A DNA stretch of 64,000 nt from contig JBBQUP010000002.1 in assembly GCA_038212305.1 (NCBI GenBank), forward strand, positions 10,861-74,860. The letters are read 5' to 3'. A program made the position numbers and the translations under genes. Of this stretch, positions 30,281 through 40,771 are shown piece after piece. The stretch comes from Bacteroidales bacterium. Its GTDB lineage: Bacteria; Bacteroidota; Bacteroidia; Bacteroidales; Marinilabiliaceae. Below the pieces are notes generated by a model. It saw only the letters and a program-made list of their open reading frames with translations. It did not search any database and was not told where the DNA came from. Each line of letters opens with the position of its first letter. The stretch's first letter is position 1.

Positions 30281-31312
30281 TTAATTCAGATTTAAATAAC
30301 TCTCTAATCTAACTATCTCATCTTCAAGACATCCTAGTAAAGTGAAAATTGATTCGACTGAATGAATCCGACCTTCCTTATTCCGATAGTCAATAATTTT
30401 ACGAGCTTTGTAAAAGCCAATATATGGATGATTTTTTAATTTATCCAATGAAAATGTGTTTAATTGAATAGGATGTATAAGTGTTTGATTTATACTTAAA
30501 TGATTTTTCATAGTATCAACTAGATCTGTAGAAATGCCATAAACTTCGCTTAATTGATTTATGCAATAAAAACCACCCAGCTTTATTCGATATTTAACTA
30601 TTCTACCAGCCAAAACTGATCCAATCCCAGCTAGTTTCAGTAACTGAACTGAATCGGCACTGTTTAATTCAATTGTTGCCAATGGAGTTCGTTCCTTTTC
30701 TAATTTAACATACTTTCTTCCAGTAATTATCGATGGTAACTCATTTGAATTTATTTTAAGAAGCTTTTGCGAATCGTATTTCGAATACATCCAATGTGTA
30801 TTCTGAATTACTACAATCGAATCGATTAACCATGTTGGGAAATTCATTTCTCTCATTTGAGCTGAAGTCAATTGATTTAAATCGACCCAATTGGAATTAA
30901 AATGATTACCTGACTTAAAATTGGTTTTGGGTAATGCATCATTAAAAGTGATGAAAGGTTGCGCCTCACGAATAAATGCAGAATCAATTCCCTTAATTTT
31001 ATATAAATCACTGGTTGTTTTAAATCGCCCTCCTGCTTCCAAATACTTTTTCCAATTGACAATTGCAAAAACATTTACCCCTAATTTCTCCAATTCTTTA
31101 ATCGAAACGGTATTGGGATCAAACTCAAAAACATCTAATTGTATATTCTCTGGAATTATAATTGTTTCTTCAACAACAATGTTTTCTTTAGATTGAGGAT
31201 GTAGTATTTCATCTCTAAAAAGAGTAAATGGAAATAAACCGATACCTATTATCAGCAATCCTCCATACCCATATAGCTCCGATTTGGTAAAGGATAAAAG
31301 ATCTTTCCACAT
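30281..31312 (-). CDS. Helix-hairpin-helix domain protein (ComEA-like), N-terminal TM helix
   Basis: LLKLAGIGSVLAGRIVKYR-type HhH motif, repeated HhH-like segments, one predicted TM segment near the N-terminus. Confidence 0.55.
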   Translation of the reverse strand: MWKDLLSFTKSELYGYGGLLIIGIGLFPFTLFRDEILHPQSKENIVVEETIIIPENIQLDVFEFDPNTVSIKELEKLGVNVFAIVNWKKYLEAGGRFKTTSDLYKIKGIDSAFIREAQPFITFNDALPKTNFKSGNHFNSNWVDLNQLTSAQMREMNFPTWLIDSIVVIQNTHWMYSKYDSQKLLKINSNELPSIITGRKYVKLEKERTPLATIELNSADSVQLLKLAGIGSVLAGRIVKYRIKLGGFYCINQLSEVYGISTDLVDTMKNHLSINQTLIHPIQLNTFSLDKLKNHPYIGFYKARKIIDYRNKEGRIHSVESIFTLLGCLEDEIVRLESYLNLN

Positions 31313-31358
31313 ACTAATTTCATTTAGGGAAAGGTAATCATAATTTTAAAAAAGTAAA

Positions 31359-32678
31359 TTATTGCCCGAAAAAACCTAATCCATTTAAAAACACAAAAGC
31401 GATGGCAACAGGAGCCAAATACTTTATGATTAACCAAAAAACAGGAAATAATTTCATTTGATGTCCTGATTCTTCTAATTCTTTTCGAGTTGCTATCTTT
31501 TTCAGCTGCCAAACAACAAACAATACAATGAAAAGACCACCTAAGGGAAGCATAATATTCGCCGTAAGAAATTCAAAGCCACTAAACAAAGCTGAGAACT
31601 TGATGCATAAAATAGAGAGTAAAGTCATGGTTCCTGCGGCCAGCCATGTTGCTATATTTCGTTTCATCTTTAGTTCTTCGGTGAAATAAGCAACCACCAC
31701 TTCGAGCAATGAAATGGTAGAGGTTAGTGCCGCAATAGCTAGTAAAGAGAAAAAGATAACTCCAAAAACGATACCGCCTGACATATGTCCAAAGATATTT
31801 GGCAGAGTCACAAACACAAGACCTGGACCACTATCGGGTTGTAAACCAAAAGCAAACACAGCAGGGAAAATTACTAAACTGGCTAATACTGCAACCGTAG
31901 TATCAGTCATTGAAACCCAAACCGAAGTTGTTCCCAATTTCTCTTTTTTACTAACATACGATCCATATGTAGCCATTACGCCCATTCCTATACTCATGCT
32001 AAAAAAAACTTGTCCAAGCGCATCCAATATAACTTTTGAATTTATCTTGGTAAAATCAGGTCGAAATAAAAAATCAACTCCAGCCATTGCACCAGGTAGT
32101 GTAAGCGATCGGATCATTAAAAAAACGAGCAATACAAAAAGCAATGGCATTAGTATTTTCGAATATTTTTCAATTCCGTCTTTTACCCCACCTAAAACAA
32201 TTAAAACATTTAAAAGCATAAACAATACCATCCAAAATAGAGGCCTCCAAAAGCCAGATGTATAGGTTTGATATTGAGCTTGTATTTCAGCAGGAGTTCG
32301 GTTTGTAAAAGCACCAACTGCAGATGAATAAATATATTCAAGCGTCCAGCCTCCAACAATAGAATAAAAAGACATGATTAAAAAGGCGGCACCCACTCCC
32401 ATTACACCAATTAAAAACCAAGGTTTTCCGGGAGTTAGATGTTTAAATGCACCTATTACATTGCGTTGAGCTTTTCGGCCGATAATCATTTCCGACATCA
32501 TGATTGGGATTCCGACTAAGAAAGCAATGACTAGATAAGTTATTAAAAATGCTGCACCTCCATTTTGACCAAGCAGATATGGGAATCGCCAGATATTACC
32601 TAATCCAACTGCGGATCCTGCTGCGGCAGCAATTACACCAAATTTACTTGAAAATGAGTCTCTATTGGATATATTCAT
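31359..32678 (-). CDS. Sodium-dependent transporter, neurotransmitter:sodium symporter (SNF/NSS) family
   Basis: GLGNIWRFPY signature near the N-terminus; multi-TM 439-aa protein. Confidence 0.9.
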   Translation of the reverse strand: MNISNRDSFSSKFGVIAAAAGSAVGLGNIWRFPYLLGQNGGAAFLITYLVIAFLVGIPIMMSEMIIGRKAQRNVIGAFKHLTPGKPWFLIGVMGVGAAFLIMSFYSIVGGWTLEYIYSSAVGAFTNRTPAEIQAQYQTYTSGFWRPLFWMVLFMLLNVLIVLGGVKDGIEKYSKILMPLLFVLLVFLMIRSLTLPGAMAGVDFLFRPDFTKINSKVILDALGQVFFSMSIGMGVMATYGSYVSKKEKLGTTSVWVSMTDTTVAVLASLVIFPAVFAFGLQPDSGPGLVFVTLPNIFGHMSGGIVFGVIFFSLLAIAALTSTISLLEVVVAYFTEELKMKRNIATWLAAGTMTLLSILCIKFSALFSGFEFLTANIMLPLGGLFIVLFVVWQLKKIATRKELEESGHQMKLFPVFWLIIKYLAPVAIAFVFLNGLGFFGQ

Positions 32679-32708
32679 TTTTTATAATTTAAAACCGATG
32701 CAAAATAT

Positions 32709-32748
32709 AAAAAAAGAGGCACGACTTAAAAACATCGGCCTCTTTTTT
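32709..32748 (-). terminator. Intrinsic terminator after fbaA
   Basis: AGAGGC (32715-32720) / GCCTCT (32738-32743) extended by A/T pairs. A T-run follows on the minus strand. Confidence 0.6.
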
Positions 32749-32770
32749 ATTAATGTTTATTCTTTATATG

Positions 32771-33847
32771 TTATAAACGATCCATGCAATTAAGATCAGA
32801 AAAAGCAACTTTCATCCGATCGATAAGTGTTACTTGACCTGCACGCAACCATACACGAGGATCGTAGAATTTTTTATTAGGCTTATCATCTCCCTCCGGA
32901 TTACCAATCTGTCCTTGAAGATAGTCATGATTTTTAGCTTCAAAAAGCCGAATTCCATCCCAAGTAGCCCATTGAGTATCAGTATCGATATTCATTTTAA
33001 CAACACCATAGCTGATTGCCTCACGGATTTCAGATAATGAAGAACCTGAACCACCATGGAATACAAAATCAACTGGCTTATTCGATGTTTTTAGTTTTGC
33101 CTGAATAAATTTTTGAGAGGCATCCAAAATTGATGGTTTCAAAACAACATTACCTGGTTTGTAAACTCCATGTACATTACCAAATGATGCTGCAATGGTA
33201 AAACGAGAAGAAATTTTCAATAGCTGCTCATATGCATAGCACACCTCTTCTGGCTGAGTATAAAGTAATGCATTGTCTGCATCTGAATTATCTACTCCAT
33301 CTTCTTCTCCTCCTGTAATACCCAATTCAATTTCGAGAGTCATCCCCATTTTACTCATGCGAGTTAAGTACTCTTTACATATGGCGATGTTCTCTTCTAA
33401 AGGCTCTTCGGACAAATCAAGCATATGAGAGCTAAAAAGAGGTTTTCCTGTTTCGGCAAAGTTTTTTTCACTTGCGTCCAAAAGACCATCAATCCAAGGC
33501 AATAATTTTTTAGCTGCGTGATCAGTATGAAGAATTACTGGAACACCATAAGCTTCAGCTAATAAATGAATATGCTTTGCAGCCGAAATTCCACCTAAAA
33601 CAGCAGCATTATGGCCTTCTAATTTCAGTCCTTTACCTGCATAAAAAGCGGCACCTCCATTAGAAAGCTGAATCATAACAGGAGAATTAACTAATTTAGC
33701 AGCTTCAAGAATACCGTTAATTGAATCGGTTCCAACTACATTTACAGCTGGCATAGCAAACCCTTGTTCTTTTGCTAATGCAAACAATTTACTAACATCA
33801 TCACCAGTTACAACACCAGGTTTAACCACATCTAATACTCGCTTCAT
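32771..33847 (-). CDS. fbaA: Class II fructose-bisphosphate aldolase
   Basis: 358 aa; PVILHTDH, FHGGSGS and E. coli FbaA-like N-terminus (VKPGVVTGDDV). Confidence 0.93.
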   Translation of the reverse strand: MKRVLDVVKPGVVTGDDVSKLFALAKEQGFAMPAVNVVGTDSINGILEAAKLVNSPVMIQLSNGGAAFYAGKGLKLEGHNAAVLGGISAAKHIHLLAEAYGVPVILHTDHAAKKLLPWIDGLLDASEKNFAETGKPLFSSHMLDLSEEPLEENIAICKEYLTRMSKMGMTLEIELGITGGEEDGVDNSDADNALLYTQPEEVCYAYEQLLKISSRFTIAASFGNVHGVYKPGNVVLKPSILDASQKFIQAKLKTSNKPVDFVFHGGSGSSLSEIREAISYGVVKMNIDTDTQWATWDGIRLFEAKNHDYLQGQIGNPEGDDKPNKKFYDPRVWLRAGQVTLIDRMKVAFSDLNCMDRL

Positions 33848-33940
33848 AGCTTTTAATTTATTGTTCTAATTAAAATTTAATTGATTATTTATCTTATAAT
33901 TTATAGCAAAAATATTGTTTTAAATATCAATTTATCACTG

Positions 33941-33972
33941 CAAAAATAGCAACTAACATTTGCATTATCAAA
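33941..33972 (-). promoter_or_regulatory. Candidate promoter for fbaA
   Basis: Minus strand: TTTG (33972-33969), 20-nt spacer, TATTTTTG (33948-33941). Further TATTTTTG copies at 33914-33907 and 33976-33969. Confidence 0.35.
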
Positions 33973-34239
33973 AATAGAGACAGAAGAATCAATAATTAAA
34001 TTGCAAATTCTACGAAAACAATCAAGCAAATCGATTGCTTTCAGATTTTATAGTATTTATCTAGTATTTTAACAATTAGATAAACCCGAAAAACATACAA
34101 ATTTACAATCATTCTACTTCATTTTCAAGCATCACTTATCTTTATTAACATAAATTAAATCGCATAACAAATCATTAAGAATGCAATTTTTTATGAAGCT
34201 AAAAATAAGTATTGCGATAGGAATACTGACAACAGAATG

Positions 34240-36570
34240 TTAAAAAGGATATCCAATCGCAAAGTTAAAAGCCATGTTATTTAAGGTTAAAGGTTGATGG
34301 CCTATTACCCATCGTTCTCCATTTGCTTTAACAGGATCATGTGCTTTAATTCCCAAATCGACTCGAAATAAAAAATAGTTAAAATCGAAGCGTAACCCAG
34401 TACCAACGCCTACTGCAATTTGCTGTGCGAATGAATTCCAAGCAAATAGACCTCCCTCCTGAGAAGATTCTTTTCGAATATTCCAGATATTACCCGCATC
34501 AACAAATAAAGCGCCTTCCAGAAGCCCAATCAGTTTAAAACGATACTCGGCATTTAGTTCTAGCTTCATATCAGCAGTTTGGTTGTAAAAGTTAAACTTT
34601 GAGTCAACAAAAACACCAGGCCCTAAACCTCGGACTGGCCAAGCACGTATCCCATTTGCACCTCCAGAAAAATACTGTTTCTCAAAAGGAACCTCCAAGC
34701 TATTTCCATAAGGAAAAGCAGCCCCAAGAAAAAATCGATAGGCAAATGAATTGACCCGATTTAATGCATGATGGTAGCGCAGTTCAAAATCGCCTTTAAC
34801 ATATTGAGCATATCGTATTCCTAGAATCTCATAAAACCCATCACTATTCTTGTTTTCGAATAGCGGCACTAGGCTGTTCAGCACATTTCCAGCAAATTCA
34901 ACATTGAATCGTCCATAGGCATATTCCGATTGTTGTGTTCTAAGCTGAGAGTTAAATATCCACGAATAGGCTGAGTTTAGGATAAAATGATCTTCGTAGC
35001 TATTCTTTAAAAAAGTTTTAGAGATAGTATCCTTAAATGCCTGATCGATAGAAGGTAAGCGAATTAAATTTAGATCTGATAAAATTAAATAATGGGTAAT
35101 GTACTTTGATGACCTCCAATGATACCCATAGCTAAGATTTGCAATTGTTCTTGTATAGTCAGGTCGTCGCTGATAATTATATGATATTGAGATATTTGTA
35201 TTTGGGTTGTACTTTTTTCGAAAACTCTCAATATTATAAGGAACCAAGAATTTTGGAATTTCAAGCGACGATTCTGCACCCAATTCAAGTGAATTAAACT
35301 GGTTTTTTTGAATGGCGCCTGCATCGCTTTTAGGATTAATTAATTGGCGCTCCATAGCCGTACGAAAGGCAACATTAAACACCTCTGCTCCCCTCAATAA
35401 ATTACGGTGTTGATAATTTACACTTCCAGCCGCACCTAAATTACCTGATGCATTCGTTCCTTCAATATCAGCCCCATATGATTGATATTTAGTGGGATTG
35501 AGTTGCACATAACAATCAAGCCATCCGTATTCACTCTGTATTGAATCATTAACCTCTTTAAAGCGAACATCGATGTATCTAAAAACTTTTAATCCATTTA
35601 AGAGTGTTTGGGTTTTTGCAACAAGTGATGAGTTAAAAAACTCATTAGGAGCTATATAACTTGAATTAAGAATAACAGATGGATGAATTTCAACCCGATT
35701 ATTATAGATAAAAGTGCAATCGTGAAATTCTAATGTATCGCGATGTGCAGCAACCCCTGAAGTGGAAGTCCCAACTCCAGATGAAGAACCCACACTATAA
35801 AACACTTTCCGATAACGGTATTTTTTGTGATACGCCGTCTCTGTTGATTCTAATGAAGGATTAATCTCAATATTTTTTTTGACGACTAATGTATCGTTAA
35901 TAGAGTAATTGGCATTGGCACTATCGGCGATGAAATAAATATACTCTTTTGAAAATGCAAAATAGCCTTTATCTCTTAAATCAGCTGTTATGCGCTCGCG
36001 TTCTTTATCATGCAAATCAATGTCATATGGTCGACCAGGCTTGAGTAAAGTATGCAAACTATCGGCTTCAATAATCGGTCGAATCGAATCATCTTCAATT
36101 TGAAACTTAACTTGCCCAATTCGATACCTAATTCCTGGATAGACGACATAAATAACTTTTGCCTGCTTTTTCTTATAAATCACAGTATCTTTAATCACAT
36201 TTAAATAATATCCCTTATTTTGCAACATTAAACCTATTTGTTGCTTTGAATATTCTTTTAAATAATCATCATAAATAACGGGTTCTTCACCCATATGGCG
36301 AAGGGATCGATTAATCCATTTAGACGTATCTCTGCCAGACATATTATAAAGTGAAAGATGAAATTTCCACACTCCAAATATCTTCAGATTTTCTTTTTGA
36401 CGAATAAAACTTTTAATTTCTGGTTTAGAGATATCTTTTGCTCTATTAATGATCTGAACTTTTGAGAGCAAATAATTATCATCAGCGACATACTTTGTTG
36501 AGCTACACGAACACAAATACAATATTAATACAACAAAGCCTAATTTATTGACATATGAAAACAATCCCAT
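34240..36570 (-). CDS. Omp85-superfamily outer-membrane protein (BamA/TamA-like)
   Basis: 776 aa, signal/lipobox-like N-terminus, POTRA-like repeats. The C-terminal beta-barrel ends in an aromatic residue (FAIGYPF). Confidence 0.75.
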   Translation of the reverse strand: MGLFSYVNKLGFVVLILYLCSCSSTKYVADDNYLLSKVQIINRAKDISKPEIKSFIRQKENLKIFGVWKFHLSLYNMSGRDTSKWINRSLRHMGEEPVIYDDYLKEYSKQQIGLMLQNKGYYLNVIKDTVIYKKKQAKVIYVVYPGIRYRIGQVKFQIEDDSIRPIIEADSLHTLLKPGRPYDIDLHDKERERITADLRDKGYFAFSKEYIYFIADSANANYSINDTLVVKKNIEINPSLESTETAYHKKYRYRKVFYSVGSSSGVGTSTSGVAAHRDTLEFHDCTFIYNNRVEIHPSVILNSSYIAPNEFFNSSLVAKTQTLLNGLKVFRYIDVRFKEVNDSIQSEYGWLDCYVQLNPTKYQSYGADIEGTNASGNLGAAGSVNYQHRNLLRGAEVFNVAFRTAMERQLINPKSDAGAIQKNQFNSLELGAESSLEIPKFLVPYNIESFRKKYNPNTNISISYNYQRRPDYTRTIANLSYGYHWRSSKYITHYLILSDLNLIRLPSIDQAFKDTISKTFLKNSYEDHFILNSAYSWIFNSQLRTQQSEYAYGRFNVEFAGNVLNSLVPLFENKNSDGFYEILGIRYAQYVKGDFELRYHHALNRVNSFAYRFFLGAAFPYGNSLEVPFEKQYFSGGANGIRAWPVRGLGPGVFVDSKFNFYNQTADMKLELNAEYRFKLIGLLEGALFVDAGNIWNIRKESSQEGGLFAWNSFAQQIAVGVGTGLRFDFNYFLFRVDLGIKAHDPVKANGERWVIGHQPLTLNNMAFNFAIGYPF

Positions 36571-36654
36571 ATTTGCTGATAATTTTTAAAACTTAGATGT
36601 GCTAAAGATACCCAATTCCCATTAATAATTAAATTTGTAAAAAAGGATTTGAAA

Positions 36655-37410
36655 ATGCTAAGTAAAAATAAAATCAAATTTATTCAATCACTTCATCTAA
36701 AAAAAAATAGGGATAGCTTAAATCTCTTTATTGCCGAAGGTGCTAAAATCATATCTGACTTATTATTAGCTGGATGCAAAGCAAATACAATTGTAGCAAC
36801 ACAGGATTGGATCAACTCACATAAAAACACGAATAGTTCAATTATTGAGGCTGAAATTGATGAGATAAAAAAAATAAGCCTGCTTAAAACGCCCTCATCT
36901 GTTCTAGGCGTTTTTGAAATAATCAATGATACGTTTATTCACAGCTCGATTAACCATGGGATTACCATTGTATTAGATGGAATACAGGATCCGGGAAATA
37001 TGGGAACCATTATCCGTTTGGCTGATTGGTTTGGTATTAATCGAATCATTTGTTCTCTGGACACAGTGGATTGCTATAACCCAAAAGTTGTTCAAGCTAC
37101 AATGGGCGCAATAGCTCGTATTCAAATCAATTATATGCCTCTACCCACCTTTCTCGAGCAAGCAAAAGATATAACCACGGTTTATGGAACGTTTATGGAT
37201 GGGGAAAATATTTATTCGCAATCTCTCAATCCAAATTCGCTCATTGTTTTTGGGAACGAGGGACAAGGTATTAGCAATGAGGTTGCCAATTTAATTACCC
37301 ATCGACTAACAATACCATCTTTTGCGACCACAAACACAAGCTCCGAATCGTTAAATGTATCAGTGGCAGCAGCAATTGTTTGTTCCGAGTTTAAACGGAT
37401 GCAATTGTAG
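36655..37410 (+). CDS. SpoU/TrmH-family RNA 2'-O-methyltransferase
   Basis: DGIQDPGNMGTIIR, FGNEGQGIS and SLNVSVAAAI motifs. First ATG at 36655 (the track begins at TTG 36649). Confidence 0.8.
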   Translation: MLSKNKIKFIQSLHLKKNRDSLNLFIAEGAKIISDLLLAGCKANTIVATQDWINSHKNTNSSIIEAEIDEIKKISLLKTPSSVLGVFEIINDTFIHSSINHGITIVLDGIQDPGNMGTIIRLADWFGINRIICSLDTVDCYNPKVVQATMGAIARIQINYMPLPTFLEQAKDITTVYGTFMDGENIYSQSLNPNSLIVFGNEGQGISNEVANLITHRLTIPSFATTNTSSESLNVSVAAAIVCSEFKRMQL

Positions 37411-38983
37411 GTATTGATTTTGAAGGAAATAAATAGGTGAATACTTTTTCGGCGCATCGTTCTCCATCTAATGCTGATGAGGCTATTCCTCCAGCATACC
37501 CAGCTCCTTCGCCACAAGGATATAACCCATTAATGGTAATGTGCTGCAACGACATTGGATCGCGAGGAATTCTCACTGGACTAGATGTTCGACTTTCGGT
37601 TGCTAATACAATGGCATCGTTTGTTAAATAACCAGGTAATTTTTTCCCAAATTCGTTAAATCCAATTCTCAGTTTTTCTGAGATTAACGATGGTAACACG
37701 TTGTTTATTTCAACTGATGTAACACCGGGAATATACGAACAATCAGGTAATGATTTTGAAAGACTTTGATTAACAAAATCGCCCAATCGCTGAGCCGGTG
37801 CAATTACGTCAGCACCCGAAGCTAATCGACAGTTTTTCTCAACCGATTGCTGATAAAACAATCCTGCTAAACTTCCATGATGATTAAAATCTTTAATATC
37901 CTCGGGATGAATTTCGACAACAATTCCAGAATTGGCATAGGGTGAATTACGTTTAGAAGGTGACATGCCATTTACTACCATTTCGGAAGCGTGAGTCATT
38001 GCAGGCACCATAAAACCACCGGGACACATGCAAAACGAATACACGCCGCGTCCATTCACCTGTGTTGCAAACGAATAACTGGCAGCAGGTAAATACTCAC
38101 CTCGCCCATCAGGACTATGATATTGCAGTTGATCAATTAAGTGCTGTGAATGTTCAACCCTCACGCCCATTGCCCAAATTTTGGATTCTAGAGGAATATT
38201 TTGAGTGTTGAGCATATGATAAATATCGCGAGCTGAATGTCCAGTTGCCAAGATTAGCGCTTCTGCTTCAAATACACTACCGTCAGAGGCAATAGCACCT
38301 TTTATGTTATTATTCGTTATTAATAACTTATCGATACGAGTATTAAAATGAATTTCGCCTCCACAATTTAAAATTTGCTCACGAATTCGAATAATCACAC
38401 CGGGCAGTTTTTCGGTTCCAACGTGGGGATGAGCATCAACTAAAATCGATTGATCAGCGCCATGAAGACATAACATTTTTAAAAATCGAGTGAAATCGCC
38501 TCGCTTATGACTTCTTGTGTATAGTTTTCCATCAGAAAAAGTTCCTGCTCCTCCCTCGCCGAATGCATAATTCGATTCGGAATTAACTACCTTGTTTTTG
38601 TTTAGTGAAGCAATTTCACGTTTACGATCAGCAATCATCTGACCTCTTTCGATTACAATAGGTTTTAAACCTAATTCGATTAACCGCAATGCGGCAAAAA
38701 GACCAGCTGGACCAGCCCCAATAACGATAACTTCGGGTGAATGCTGAACATTTGGGAAATCGATATTTGGAATATCTGAGGGTTCGGGAACTTCATCGAT
38801 ATAAACAAGTACTTGCAATTGAATAAATACCTGTCTTTGGCGAGCATCAATCGACCGTTTTACAATCTGCACTTGAGAAATGCTTTTTATATCAACCGAT
38901 AAGTTTTTTGCGGCAATTCGAATGAGAATTTCCTGAGAGACAGCCTCATGCGGCAATACTCTTAATTGAACAGAGGATTTCAT
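37391..38983 (-). CDS. FAD-dependent oxidoreductase (COG2509-like)
   Basis: VIVIGAGPAGLFAALRL dinucleotide-binding motif placed ~85 aa in, 530 aa. 3' end overlaps the TrmH-family gene by 20 nt. Confidence 0.7.
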   Translation of the reverse strand: MKSSVQLRVLPHEAVSQEILIRIAAKNLSVDIKSISQVQIVKRSIDARQRQVFIQLQVLVYIDEVPEPSDIPNIDFPNVQHSPEVIVIGAGPAGLFAALRLIELGLKPIVIERGQMIADRKREIASLNKNKVVNSESNYAFGEGGAGTFSDGKLYTRSHKRGDFTRFLKMLCLHGADQSILVDAHPHVGTEKLPGVIIRIREQILNCGGEIHFNTRIDKLLITNNNIKGAIASDGSVFEAEALILATGHSARDIYHMLNTQNIPLESKIWAMGVRVEHSQHLIDQLQYHSPDGRGEYLPAASYSFATQVNGRGVYSFCMCPGGFMVPAMTHASEMVVNGMSPSKRNSPYANSGIVVEIHPEDIKDFNHHGSLAGLFYQQSVEKNCRLASGADVIAPAQRLGDFVNQSLSKSLPDCSYIPGVTSVEINNVLPSLISEKLRIGFNEFGKKLPGYLTNDAIVLATESRTSSPVRIPRDPMSLQHITINGLYPCGEGAGYAGGIASSALDGERCAEKVFTYLFPSKSIPTIASV

Positions 38984-39035
38984 ATAATAAATGACCTTAA
39001 TTAAATGGTTGCAAAATTAACTCAAAAACAATTGG

Positions 39036-39749
39036 TCATTCGAAATAAAACGTTAAATGAAAAATATTAGATGTTAATTTGTCAAGTGCCTGAGTGTATT
39101 TTACATCCTCAACTTCCCCAGTACCATTAGGATTTAACACATTAAACAACCCATAAGAGGCTTTTATTTCGGTGCTAAAACGGAAATAATTCAAATACAT
39201 ATCAATGCCCACGCCAGCTTCAAGTGCAGCATCCAACGATCGCAAAACAAGCCGATCTTTCCTGCTTTTAGCTAAATCGAGTCGTCCATTCACTCCACCG
39301 ACTAAGTAAGGTTTAAAATTATGCGCTCTGGCAGAGCTGTACTTTATCAATAAAGGAAACTCGATAAAGGTGGATTTAATTTCAAGTGGGTTTTCTTCGG
39401 CAACACCATTCTCATTAATAAAAACAATGTTACGTTGTCCGAACGAAATACCAGGTAAAAACCTTAAATCGAACCATTTGTTCAAACGAAGATTTGACAC
39501 GATTCCAATATTAATACCAGGCTGATAATTAATAAGGTCGCCATACAAAGGAACATTTCCATTCTCGGAAGTTATTGCCCCTGAATTATGAAGCGCAAAA
39601 TCCATTACATTCAACCCTAATAAAAATCCAAAATGCAGAGGTTTTTCATCAAACTCAGGTAAATTGGGAACTCCCTTTTTTTTGATATTTTGCGCATTTG
39701 CAGACAATATCAACATCAATCCCAATATAATAGGCAAAAAATGTTTCAT
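39036..39749 (-). CDS. porT: PorT/SprT-like outer-membrane beta-barrel protein (type IX secretion associated)
   Basis: 237 aa, signal peptide, NLPEFDEKPLHFGFLLGLN segment and alternating beta-strand pattern, terminal aromatic motif. The family call is from memory of PorT sequences and their frequent ubiE adjacency. Confidence 0.55.
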   Translation of the reverse strand: MKHFLPIILGLMLILSANAQNIKKKGVPNLPEFDEKPLHFGFLLGLNVMDFALHNSGAITSENGNVPLYGDLINYQPGINIGIVSNLRLNKWFDLRFLPGISFGQRNIVFINENGVAEENPLEIKSTFIEFPLLIKYSSARAHNFKPYLVGGVNGRLDLAKSRKDRLVLRSLDAALEAGVGIDMYLNYFRFSTEIKASYGLFNVLNPNGTGEVEDVKYTQALDKLTSNIFHLTFYFE

Positions 39750-39882
39750 CAGAAAATATAATACAAATTGAAATATAGTTATTAATCGAACCCATTTTGG
39801 GCCATCTTAATCAGCAAAAATATTGCTGCAAATAATACCCTCACCAATTATCATATAACCATTAAACCAATAATTTAAAATT

Positions 39883-40611
39883 TTATTGCACTGGCTTAGA
39901 TGAAAAATAAATAGTCGCTATTCCAAATGTTAGTCTGTATTGTTTTACATCTTCCAAACCAACATTGACTAATTCTTTTAAAAACTGCTCTTTTTCAGGA
40001 AAAGCCTCTACCGACTTAGGCAAATAATCATATGCTTCTTTGTGCTTTGAAATAATCCCTCCAAAAAAAGGTAAAAGGTATTTAAAGTACAGTCCATATA
40101 TTTGTTTAAATGGGAAACTGGAAGGTTTAGAAAACTCCAATATCACCATTTTACCGCTTGGTTTCAGAACTCTTGCCATTTCAGCTAATCCTTTTGAAAG
40201 ATTTTCGAAATTTCTAACTCCAAATGCAACTGTAACGGCATCAAACGAATGATCATCGAAAGGTAATGATTCGGAATCGGCTTGTATAAGATTGATTAAC
40301 CCTAAATTCTTTTTTTCAATTTTTTGTTGCCCCACTTTTAGCATTTCTGATGAAATATCGATGCCAGTTACCTTCGATCCCAGTTGGCGATGAAGAGCAA
40401 TAGCCATATCACCGGTACCAGTAGCAACATCTAAAACATATGAAGGCGAATACTTTTTAAGCAATTTGATTGCTTTACAACGCCATCTTTTATCGATACC
40501 TAGAGATAAAAAATGATTTAAAAAATCATATCGAGAAGCAATTTGATTAAACATACTAGCTATTTGCTCCTTTTTGCTATTCTCTGAATTCTTATAAGGA
40601 CTTACAGTCAT
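39883..40611 (-). CDS. ubiE: Demethylmenaquinone/ubiquinone C-methyltransferase
   Basis: FNQIASRYDFLNHFLSLGIDKRWR and VLDVATGTGD motifs. Confidence 0.88.
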   Translation of the reverse strand: MTVSPYKNSENSKKEQIASMFNQIASRYDFLNHFLSLGIDKRWRCKAIKLLKKYSPSYVLDVATGTGDMAIALHRQLGSKVTGIDISSEMLKVGQQKIEKKNLGLINLIQADSESLPFDDHSFDAVTVAFGVRNFENLSKGLAEMARVLKPSGKMVILEFSKPSSFPFKQIYGLYFKYLLPFFGGIISKHKEAYDYLPKSVEAFPEKEQFLKELVNVGLEDVKQYRLTFGIATIYFSSKPVQ

Positions 40612-40771
40612 AATGGCTTATATACTCACAAATTTAATGAAAGAAAAAACTATTTATCCAACAATCCTTCAATTACAGCAACCATAGCCAAAAACTCAGC
40701 TTGATTGTGCAGAGGATATTAAACTGATACAAAAAAGTATTAAAAAGACAAAAATCCCTTTTATCATTAAA

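Noticed and set aside
31324-31512. 62-aa ORF overlapping the 3' end of the NSS transporter gene
   Set aside because: It is an out-of-frame shadow ORF inside a conserved transporter gene.
33848-34239. 390-bp AT-rich spacer upstream of fbaA as a possible riboswitch or sRNA locus
   Set aside because: I could find no extended stems or known riboswitch cores. Repeated TATTTTTG boxes are adequately explained as alternative promoter elements.
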